A program made the position numbers and the translations under genes. Below are positions 1-8,059 of a stretch of DNA of 32,000 bases, piece after piece; the first letter of the stretch is position 1; every line of letters begins with the position of its first letter. This DNA comes from Demequinaceae bacterium (GTDB taxonomy: Bacteria; Actinomycetota; Actinomycetes; Actinomycetales; Demequinaceae): the NCBI GenBank assembly GCA_965250005.1, contig OZ252279.1, positions 720,001 through 752,000 on the forward strand, given 5' to 3'. The notes under the pieces were generated by a model. The model did not search any database. It was not told where the DNA came from and was given only the letters and a program-made list of their open reading frames with translations.

Positions 1-90
1 CCACGTCACGGCGAAACTCCTCAGGAAAAACTTTAGGCATAACAACATCCTTCCACCAAGACCCTCCCAGGTCCCAGAAGTCAGTTGTCA
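1..90 (-). mobile_element. End of an insertion sequence; the N-terminus of an IS3-type transposase OrfA begins at 40 and runs out of the window (ATG at 40..38; MPKVFPEEFRRDV...)
   Basis: The minus strand from 40 reads ATGCCTAAAGTTTTTCCTGAGGAGTTTCGCCGTGACGTGG with GGAAGGA upstream. The peptide matches the typical HTH_Tnp_1/OrfA start (MPKxFPEEFRRDV). A TG...CA-type terminus could be at 90 (..TCAGTTGTCA), but the exact boundary is uncertain (about 90-109). Confidence 0.6.
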
Positions 91-109
91 CCTATCCCTG
101 CACCAGCCC

Positions 110-3100
110 CTTGGGACTGGATCCCTGGGGTGGGCCGTTCTCGCTTTGGATGAGGACGGCAAGCCGTTTCGCATTGAGCGCATGGGCTCGCGGATATTTG
201 GCACCGGGCGCAAACCGAAGGACAACACGTCGCTTGCGGCGGATCGCACGCAGGCTCGGTCGATGCGCAGGCGCCGCGATCGCTATTTGCGCCGCCGAAA
301 TATGACGATCAACCAGCTCGTCGCGGCTGGTCTCATGCCTGAAGACAAAGCAGCTCGCAAAAAGTTGGTTTCGCTTCACCCCTTCCGGCTACGTTCTGAA
401 GGTCTGCACAGAGAGCTAACGTTGCATGAGCTGGGCCGGGCGCTCTTCCACTTGCAGCAACGTCGGGGGTTCAAAAGCAACCGCAAGGCGGACAAGGGTG
501 ACAGCGATTCGGGAGCCATGAAGACGGCAATTCTGGACACTCAGTCCCGAATTCCTACTGGGGAGACAGTGGGCTCTTATCTTTGGGCACAGATTCTGGA
601 GGGCGAGAGCGCGCGTGCGAGGCGGCGCGGCGAAGGAGCAAAGGCCACCTATGACTTCTACGTGAACCGCCAGATGGTTCAAGAAGAGTTCGACGCATTG
701 TGGGAGTCTCAGAGACGGTTTCACCCCGAAGAGCTCGACCAAGAAGCGTATGACGCAGTCCACTCCGCCATCTTCTTTCAGCGGGCCCTCAAGCGGGTCC
801 AGGTGGGCAAGTGCTTCTTCGAGCGTGAAGAGGAACGGGCGGCCGATGCGTTGCCGTCATCGCAACTGTTCCGGCTGTATCAGGAGGTCAACAACCTCAT
901 GGTCCGCGATCACGATGACGCAACACTGCGCCTTCGACCTCTCACGCGAAACGAGAGGGATAGGGCCATCGAGTACCTCGGCGCGATCAAGGATTCCACC
1001 TTTGCGAAACTCGGCGAGAAGCTCTTCGGCAGGGCGTCTCGGTTTGAATTCAATCTTCAGGCGGGTGAACGCTCCAAGATCAAGGGAAACGACGTCGCCA
1101 GCACTCTCAAGGGGAAGAAGGCATTCGGGCCTTCCTGGTTCACCCTCCCCTTGGATCAGCAAGATGAAATCGCTCAAAGAATTGAAGACGTGGAGTCTGA
1201 AGCGGACGAGGAGGGCCTGGCGTTCTGGCTCCGCGAAGCCCACGGACTATCCCCCGACAACGCGCATCACGTCGCCACCAAAGTGAACTTGCCCGACGGC
1301 CACCGCCGCCTGAGTTCAAAGGCGATCGGCAAAATACTCCCGCACCTCAGTGACGGTTGGGATGAGGAGCATGGTCGCGCGCTCCGGTACAGCGACGCGG
1401 TGGAGCAGGTTGACGAGCCAAACTACCGGAGCCACAGCGAGCAGCACACCGGGGACCTCTTTGAGCATCTCCCCTACTACGGGAAGATTCTCCACCGGTA
1501 CACCGCAGACGTACCACGGCGTGAAGATGAGGCCGTACAGAAAAACACCGACGCGAACGAGTGGGAGTACGGACGCATCGCGAACACCACGGTCCACATC
1601 GGCCTGAACCAGATCCGCAAGGTGGTCAATGCCCTCATCAACGCGTACGGCCTCCCGGCCGAGGTCCACGTTGAAGTAGCCCGCCACCTGGGACAGAGCC
1701 GCGAAGCGCGCATCGAAGACTCAAAGCGGAGGCGCGAAGGGGAGGAGAACAACGAACGGATCCGCGAGATTCTTGAGGATCTGGGAGTCAAGGACAATTA
1801 TGACAACCGCACGCGCGTGAAGTTGTTTGAGGAGCTTGCACCGCTTAGCCACCGGTGCATATTCACTGGCATCCCAATAGCGCGTGCGCGCATGTTCACC
1901 AACGACTACCAGGTGGATCACGTGTTGCCGTATTCGCGGACTCTGGACGACAGTTACGGCAACAAGATCTTGATTCACCACACCGCGAATCAGTTCAAGG
2001 GAAACTACAGCCCGTTTGAGGCGTATGGCGGCAGCGAGGACTGGGACCAGATTCTGGACCGCGCGGAGGCGCTTCCGAAAAACAAGTACAGCCGCTTCAG
2101 CGAAAACGCCATGGAGCGCTACGAGGCGGGTGCCCAGGACTTCATCGCTCGGCAGCTCACGGACACTGCGTACCTGGCCCGGGTGACCAAGATGTACCTA
2201 GCGAGCATTGTTGACCCGAATCACGTTTTCGCGATGCCCGGCCGGCTCACCGGAATGCTACGAGCCAAGTGGGGGCTCAATGGGATCCTGTCGGATTCCG
2301 GGAAGAAGGAGCGCACCGATCACCGCCATCACGCCATTGACGGTGTGGTTATCGCACTTACCGACCGCAGCATGCTTAAGCGAGTTACGGACGCCAACAA
2401 ACGCGCCAGCGAGCAAGGGATGGACCGGCTACTCAAAGAGTTTGAGCTCCCTTGGGACGGCTTCATGGAAGAAATCCAAGCCAAGACGGACGCCATCGTG
2501 ATCTCTCACAAACCTGACCACGGCGCTGGAGGTCAACTGCACGAGGAGACCGCCTATGGAGTGAATGAAGGTCCGGATATGGAGGGTCGTTACCTTACCC
2601 ACCTCGGAGGCAATGACGCGAAGTGGCGGCGGGTCATTCCCATTTTTCGCGAGAGAGAATCACCGGACTCAGCACCGCCTTTCAAAGCGTATATCGGTGG
2701 ATCAAACTACTGCGTCGAGATTGTTCGGCAGTCAACAGGCAAGTGGTCAGGTGAGGTCATCTCTACATTTCAAGCAAACCAGCGCGAATACCAGGCATTC
2801 ATGACGGACCGGAGCCGCTTTTTGCACCATAGCTTCTCGGGGCTTCCGCTAGTAATGCGCTTGATGGCGGATGATGCCATTGCAATTGAGGAGGATGGAG
2901 AGCGCAGGATTATGCGCGTATGCAAAATTGACTCAGCTGGCCCCATGTACTTTGCGGGCCATCTGGAAGGCAACGTAGCTGCGCGTAGCCGGGACAAGTC
3001 GGACTCGTTCTCAATGTTGAAGAAGAGCGCCAATCCTCTTGCGCTTCTGTCTGCACGCCGGGTATTTGTCGACCCACTGGGAAATATCCTTGACCCTGGG

Positions 3101-3112
3101 TTTCACGGCTAG
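110..3112 (+). pseudogene. cas9: Type II-C Cas9, 5'-truncated; RuvC-I motif interrupted, remainder (bridge helix, REC, RuvC-II, HNH, RuvC-III, C-terminal domain) intact
   Basis: Frame-2 translation gives LGTGSLGWAVLALDEDGKPFRI, then the Arg-rich bridge helix, FHLQQRRGFKSNRK, VHVEVARHLG (RuvC-II), YQVDHVLPYSRTLDDSYGNKILIHHTANQFKGN (HNH) and DHRHHAIDGVVIALT (RuvC-III). Stop at 3110-3112. The track ORF starts at TTG 146. Confidence 0.93.
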
Positions 3113-3118
3113 ATCGCC

Positions 3119-4042
3119 ATGATCGGCCAGGTTGTCGAGATCGTTGAGTCCGACCGCTACCTGTCCCTGGAATACGGAAACATGCTTGTCCGCTCCAAGG
3201 ATCAGGTGCTGGGCAGGATAGCTCTCGACGACATATTGGCCGTTGTCGTCAACCCTCACGGCGCTACCTTGTCAGCCGGAATCATGGCCGAGTTAGCGAC
3301 TCGCAACATTCCGCTAGTTATTGCCGGGAAACATTTCAAACCGGTGGCCGTGCTGATGCCTCTAGTTGGGAACTTTGAGGTCTCAGCCCGCATCGCAGCC
3401 CAAGCAACGGCCTCCGTCCCCACCAAGAAGCAGGCGTGGAAGCAGGTGGTCCAGAGCAAGATCACCATGCAGGCGATGGCCTTGGAAACCACAGGTGGAG
3501 ATGCTGGGCGAATGTGGGACATGATTCCGCAAGTCAGGTCGGGCGACGTGGGTAACCTTGAGGCGCAGGCGGCTCGCCACTATTGGAAACGGATGTACGG
3601 GGAGTCCTTCCGCCGTGACCGCGACCAGCCGGGTATCAACGCGCTTCTCAATTACGGATACGCAGTGATTCGAGCGGCGACGGCGCGGGCCATCGCGGCG
3701 TCCGGGCTCCATCCCAGTCTGGGGATTCACCATGTGAACCCGCTCGACACGATGCGCCTGGTTGACGACCTCATGGAACCGTATCGGCCTCTAATCGACT
3801 TGCGTGTCTACGGAATCCTCAACACCGGGGTTATTGATGTCGTTCCTGAAACCAAGAAGATGCTCGTGGCAGTCCTCTCCACCGATATAGCGACGGAGGT
3901 TGGGTCTAGCCCGGTCTCGATGGCCATGTTCAGAACTGCACAATCGCTCGTGAAGCTCTTCAAGGGCGAGCGAGAGACTCTGGAGCTTCCAGACCAACGA
4001 ACGCGTGAGTCGCTTCCGGATCTGGCTGAAGCGTTCATATGA
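3119..4042 (+). CDS. cas1: CRISPR-associated endonuclease Cas1 (type II)
   Basis: 307 aa with GNLEAQAARHYWKRMYG and GIHHVNPLDTMRLVDDLMEPYRP, hallmarks of type II Cas1; starts 6 nt after the cas9 stop. Confidence 0.95.
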   Translation: MIGQVVEIVESDRYLSLEYGNMLVRSKDQVLGRIALDDILAVVVNPHGATLSAGIMAELATRNIPLVIAGKHFKPVAVLMPLVGNFEVSARIAAQATASVPTKKQAWKQVVQSKITMQAMALETTGGDAGRMWDMIPQVRSGDVGNLEAQAARHYWKRMYGESFRRDRDQPGINALLNYGYAVIRAATARAIAASGLHPSLGIHHVNPLDTMRLVDDLMEPYRPLIDLRVYGILNTGVIDVVPETKKMLVAVLSTDIATEVGSSPVSMAMFRTAQSLVKLFKGERETLELPDQRTRESLPDLAEAFI

Positions 4043-4368
4043 GCGAGTTATCGGGGTATCGACTGATGTGGATCGTGACGCTGTTTGACCTCCCGACTCT
4101 TACAAAAGTGCAGCGCCGGGAAGCGAGCATCTATCGTAAGGAGCTCCTGAAGCGAGGGTTCCAGATGGCCCAATTGTCCGTCTACTTCAAGTATTGTCGG
4201 GACAAAGAGCAAGCTCAGGTCGTCGTAAGCGACGTCGTCTCAATCGTGCCCGCTGGTGGCCGCGTGGACGTATTATTGATCACGGACAAGCAGTACGCGA
4301 ATATTGCGACAATCCGTGGAGATCGGAAGGTCAATCGTGAGAATCCATCGCAACTCAGCCTCTTCTAG
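4039..4368 (+). CDS. cas2: CRISPR-associated endoribonuclease Cas2
   Basis: 109 aa, MWIVTLFDLPTLTKVQRREASIYRKELLKRGFQMAQLSVYFKYC; ATGA overlap with cas1. Confidence 0.95.
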   Translation: MSELSGYRLMWIVTLFDLPTLTKVQRREASIYRKELLKRGFQMAQLSVYFKYCRDKEQAQVVVSDVVSIVPAGGRVDVLLITDKQYANIATIRGDRKVNRENPSQLSLF

Positions 4369-4396
4369 CCGCGTGCGCTACGGTTCTCGAGCGACC

Positions 4397-4440
4397 GATC
4401 TGGTTGTTTACCCTGGTAAACCAGGGTAAACAACCAGATC
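4397..4440. repeat. Perfect 20-bp inverted repeat with 4-nt loop (GATCTGGTTGTTTACCCTGG-TAAA-CCAGGGTAAACAACCAGATC)
   Basis: Read directly; the arms are exact reverse complements and the element ends 1 nt before the first CRISPR repeat. Confidence 0.97.
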
Positions 4441-4441
4441 C

Positions 4442-5530
4442 AGTCTATCGCTCTGGGAAACGAGCCCTGGCCGCAACCGGGTGGCGACTACTGTGCGTTA
4501 GCGACAAAGTCTATCGCTCTGGGAAACGAGCCCTGGCCGCAACTTCTGGCCTGCCGTTGAAGGTAAAACGCCTAGTCTATCGCTCTGGGAAACGAGCCCT
4601 GGCCGCAACTCGAGGTCGTCGTGCCACCAGGCGCAACCGAGTCTATCGCTCTGGGAAACGAGCCCTGGCCGCAACTCATCCACTACTTCCCCATTCCCTA
4701 TGTGAGTCTATCGCTCTGGGAAACGAGCCCTGGCCGCAACTGATAAACCATCGCGCTCTGGATCCTCGAAAGTCTATCGCTCTGGGAAACGAGCCCTGGC
4801 CGCAACTCATAAGTAGCGGCGGCGGGATGCCGCACAAGTCTATCGCTCTGGGAAACGAGCCCTGGCCGCAACACGCCCGGTTGCGATTGTGTGACGGGCT
4901 ACAGTCTATCGCTCTGGGAAACGAGCCCTGGCCGCAACACACGTCTCCTAGTGTTGCGTTAATCATCAAGTCTATCGCTCTGGGAAACGAGCCCTGGCCG
5001 CAACTGGTTCGACACTCAGGCGAACGTCCTCCAAGTCTATCGCTCTGGGAAACGAGCCCTGGCCGCAACTCAACCATAGGCGGGGGGTGGTACCGCGTTA
5101 GTCTATCGCTCTGGGAAACGAGCCCTGGCCGCAACTTAGGAAAGTCCGTGTGGGACAAGGACCGCAGTCTATCGCTCTGGGAAACGAGCCCTGGCCGCAA
5201 CTTCGAGCGTTGCCCGGCCTTCTGCGTCGTAGTCTATCGCTCTGGGAAACGAGCCCTGGCCGCAACTGGGGACCGTTGTAGCCGCTGGTAAGTTCGAGTC
5301 TATCGCTCTGGGAAACGAGCCCTGGCCGCAACCCTTCGCCATTCACAGTTCCGCACTGATTTAGTCTATCGCTCTGGGAAACGAGCCCTGGCCGCAACTC
5401 CTTCGACACAATGGAGCGCATCGAGAATAGTCTATCGCTCTGGGAAACGAGCCCTGGCCGCAACGTACAAACAGTCATGGCGGAGATTGATTCCAGTCTA
5501 TCGCTCTGGGAAACGAGCCCTGGCCGCAAC
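4442..5530 (-). CRISPR. CRISPR array: 17 identical 36-bp repeats and 16 spacers of 29-30 bp; likely crRNA strand is minus (repeat GTTGCGGCCAGGGCTCGTTTCCCAGAGCGATAGACT)
   Basis: Plus-strand repeat AGTCTATCGCTCTGGGAAACGAGCCCTGGCCGCAAC starts at 4442, 4508, 4574, 4640, 4705, 4771, 4837, 4903, 4969, 5034, 5100, 5166, 5231, 5297, 5363, 5429 and 5495. Strand is inferred from the anti-repeat location and the GTTG...GATAGACT form typical of type II-C repeats. Confidence 0.97.
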
Positions 5531-5585
5531 CTTACAAAGGCGCGGAACCCTTGTTGTGCGGTTGCGGCCAGGGCTCGGCGGGCAC
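5531..5585 (-). ncRNA. Candidate tracrRNA / anti-repeat region (anti-repeat 5577..5561 on minus: CGAGCCCTGGCCGCAAC)
   Basis: 17-nt exact complement of the first 17 nt of the crRNA-sense repeat, followed (minus sense) by CGCACAACAAGGGTTCCGCGCCTTTGTAAG and then repeat 17. Weak promoter-like TTGGAG (5616..5611) / TTAGGT (5591..5586) on minus. No obvious terminator before the array. Confidence 0.5.
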
Positions 5586-5633
5586 ACCTAAGCCTCCATC
5601 GTGCCTTGCGCTCCAAGTAGAGCGGGGCGAAGG

Positions 5634-5707
5634 TGGGCCAGGTGGGGCTCGAACCCACGACCGACGGATTATGAGTCCGCTGCTCTAACCGGCTGAGCTA
5701 CTGGCCC
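5634..5707 (-). tRNA. tRNA-Met (anticodon CAT)
   Basis: Minus strand GGGCCAG TA GCTC..GAGC A GCGGA CTCATAA TCCGT CGGTC GTGGG TTCGAGC CCCAC CTGGCCC A; full cloverleaf. Elongator Met rather than Ile2 is inferred from the anticodon-arm context. Confidence 0.93.
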
Positions 5708-5750
5708 TTGCGTGCAAGGTACAGGCTAGTCGGCTATGCGGTATCCGGTT

Positions 5751-6898
5751 TCACGATGCTGCGATTGGTCCAGGCCGCGCAATCACGACAGTCGCGGTAA
5801 ACGAATAGGCGCCGACGGCGGCCACGGCGAGAGCCTGCTCACCCAAGAGTCCCGCGCCTGCGCCGTCGATGAGTCCGATTCCTTCAGTGCGATCGCCGAT
5901 GATGACCCGCCCGAACACGCCTACGAGCAAGAATCCCACGGCGCCGCTCCACAGATGGATGGCGACTACGTCGCTTGCGTCCTCGTACCCGATCCGGTAC
6001 TTGAGTCGGACCGCTAGGTTCACCGTGACGGCTGCAACCAGGCCCACGAGGAAGGATGCGAAGGGATCAAGGAAGCCTGCCCCTGGCGTCACGGCCACGA
6101 GGCCCGCGATGATTCCGGATACGGTTCCTGCCGAGCTGACGGTTCCCGCGAGGCGCTTCTCGAGCAGCATCCAGCCTGCGCCGCCGCCCACGGCTCCCAG
6201 GTGTGCCGAAAGCACCGCTGAGGCCGCCAGACCGTCCGCCGACATGGCGAAGCCACCGACGAGTCCGAGCCAGCCCACCCACGCGAGTCCCGCGCCCACG
6301 AGCACCAACGGACGGTTGTGGGACGCGGAGGGTGCATCGTGCGGGCCGTTGCGCGGCCCAAGGACCCACGCGAGCGCGAGTGCCGATGCGCCCACGCACA
6401 CGGTGAGGGCTGCGCCCGCGCCGTAGTCGAACACCCCGCGCGCCGCGAGCCACCCTCCCCCGAGTGTCCAGTGAAACGCGACGGGGAGCACCAGCACGGA
6501 CCACGCTGCAAGCACGCCGAGCATCGGCCCAAAGCGCATGCGGCCTGCAGCGACGCCGGTCATTGCGACGGCCGCGACCACGGCGACCATGAGTGTGAAG
6601 ACTACGAACGCAACGGCGGGCAATCCGGCGGGCTCACGTCGGACTCTCCCACGCCCCCGAGGCCAATAAATTGGAAGTCCCCGATGAGCGCGCCGTCGCC
6701 GCCAAAGGCGAACGTGAAGCCCAGTACGATCCAGGTGATTGAAACCACGCCGATCGCGCCAACGGCGAACATCATCATCGCGACAGCGCTCGTCGCTCGG
6801 CTCCGGCTGGCATTGATCGCGCCCAGCCCCACCGCAAGCAACAGCACGAGGAACGCGGAGCCAAGCACCCACGCGGTGGCAGCGAGGTCGGTCTCCAC
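5751..6898 (-). pseudogene. Ammonium transporter (Amt family), frameshifted and apparently truncated at the C-terminus
   Basis: N-terminal part (VETDLAATAWVLGSAFLVLLLAVGLG...ITWIVLGFTFAFGGDG) is in one frame; the part from AGLPAVAFVVFTLMVAVVAAVAMTGVAAGRMRF onward is in another. The shift is near 6626-6645. The C-terminus ends abruptly at VGAYSFTATVVIARPGPIAAS*. Confidence 0.7.
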
Positions 6899-7067
6899 GG
6901 CTGCTCCAGGTGGTCGGTGCCGCCATAAGGCGGCGGCTTCGGGACTGATGAGTCTATCCCTGGGACTCTCGCAATCGAGTGGCAAGGCCGGACTGTTCGT
7001 CGAAGATTCAGTTCCCGTTTTAGCTGTTCAGGCGCGGTGCTCAATCGGGTACAGTTATCACTCGCAA

Positions 7068-7143
7068 TCCCTCATAGCTCAATTGGCAGAGCAGCCGACT
7101 GTTAATCGGCAGGTTGTTGGTTCGAGTCCAACTGAGGGAGCCA
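7068..7143 (+). tRNA. tRNA-Asn (anticodon GTT), CCA encoded
   Basis: TCCCTCA TA GCTC AATTGGCA GAGC A GCCGA CTGTTAA TCGGC ... GTTGG TTCGAGT CCAAC TGAGGGA G CCA. Confidence 0.95.
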
Positions 7144-7156
7144 CCGCCATTACACC

Positions 7157-7189
7157 CCAGCCGGTCCGCTCATCGGGCTGGCTCTTTTT
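7157..7189 (+). terminator. Rho-independent terminator after tRNA-Asn
   Basis: CCAGCC-(loop)-GGCTGG followed by CTCTTTTT. Confidence 0.65.
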
Positions 7190-7307
7190 GCTCTCGCTGC
7201 GTGCCCAGTTTGCTGAAGAGGTATACAAAACGAACGGTCGTGCTATTGTGTGGCTGTGAGGTTCGGCGGTTTGGCCCGGACTCACGCCACAATTTCGGAG
7301 AAAGACC

Positions 7308-7451
7308 ATGACACACACCATCGCCTCAGCACCCGCTACGCATCCCGCGCCACTTGTTCGGCCGGGCAAATGGAATCTCGACCTCACCGACCTCGACATC
7401 GATCTCACTGATGACGACCTTGAGGGCGACCTGAACTTCGGCAGAGACTAA
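7308..7451 (+). CDS. Small acidic protein (47 aa), MTHTIASAPATHPAPLVRPGKWNLDLTDLDIDLTDDDLEGDLNFGRD
   Basis: ATG preceded by GGAGAAAG; stop 6 nt before the start of the downstream TetR gene, suggesting an operon. Not in the supplied ORF track. Confidence 0.5.
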   Translation: MTHTIASAPATHPAPLVRPGKWNLDLTDLDIDLTDDDLEGDLNFGRD

Positions 7452-7456
7452 GAACC

Positions 7457-8059
7457 TTGACCGCAGTCGCGACCCCCAAAGGTCAAGGCACCCGCAGAGC
7501 GGTTATCAACAAGGCCCTCGACCTAGCGAGCACGCTCGGTCTCGAGGGCTTGACCATTGGGGTGCTCGCCAAAAAGGCAGGCCTGTCCAAGAGCGGCCTC
7601 TATGCGCACTTCAAGTCCAAGGAAGACCTCCAGTTGGCCGTACTCGACCGTGCGGCCGAGCGATTCGTTGAAGACGTCATCTCCCCCGCCATTGCCCAGC
7701 CGCGCGGGCTACCGCGAATTGAGCGCCTCTTTGAACTGTGGATCAAGTGGGATACGGGCGAGCTCAGCGGTGGATGCCCCTGGGTGGCCGCCGCCGCGGA
7801 CTTCGACGACCGACCCGGTCCGGTCCGTGACGTGCTCGTGTTCCACATCAACCACATCCTGAGCGTGGTCGCGCGCGCCGCGTCCATTTCGGTAGACGAG
7901 GGCCACCTCGCCGCCGACCTCGACACCAAGCAGTTCGCCTACGAGTACTGGGGCATTGTTTTGGCGCACCACCACACGCACCGGCTGCTGGGTGCGCCCG
8001 ACGCCAACGCGCTGGCCACCACGGCGCTAGCGAATCTGATTGAGCGCTCGCGCGGCTAG
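7457..8059 (+). CDS. TetR/AcrR-family transcriptional regulator
   Basis: N-terminal HTH: RRAVINKALDLASTLGLEGLTIGVLAKKAGLSKSGLYAHFKSKEDLQLAVLD. Confidence 0.9.
   Translation: MTAVATPKGQGTRRAVINKALDLASTLGLEGLTIGVLAKKAGLSKSGLYAHFKSKEDLQLAVLDRAAERFVEDVISPAIAQPRGLPRIERLFELWIKWDTGELSGGCPWVAAAADFDDRPGPVRDVLVFHINHILSVVARAASISVDEGHLAADLDTKQFAYEYWGIVLAHHHTHRLLGAPDANALATTALANLIERSRG

Noticed and set aside
111-305. Frame-3 ORF starting LGLDPWGG, where LGLD resembles the start of a RuvC-I motif
   Set aside because: The conserved GTGSLGWAVLALDEDG continues in frame 2 with correct spacing, while frame 3 gives nonsense after LGLDP. A ~13-nt out-of-frame deletion within RuvC-I remains a less likely alternative to the IS junction.
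146-3112. Taking the track ORF at 146 as the true complete cas9
   Set aside because: The TTG at 146 lies inside the conserved RuvC-I strand; the conserved residues start upstream at about 110, so this is not the native start.
4741-4770. Spacer 5 contains ATCGCGCTCTGG, resembling the repeat segment ATCGCTCTGG
   Set aside because: The match is short and needs a 2-nt insertion; chance similarity is more likely than a repeat-derived spacer.
4404-5291. Long ORFs across the array (e.g. 295 aa plus strand; 174 and 186 aa minus strand) encoding repeated SIALGNEPWPQ / LRPGLVSQSDRL units
   Set aside because: They are translations of the CRISPR repeats; the repeat lacks stops in several frames, producing artefactual ORFs.
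5708-5719. Small inverted repeat CTTGCGTGCAAG next to tRNA-Met
   Set aside because: The arms are only 5 bp, with no supporting context for a terminator or site-specific recombination core.
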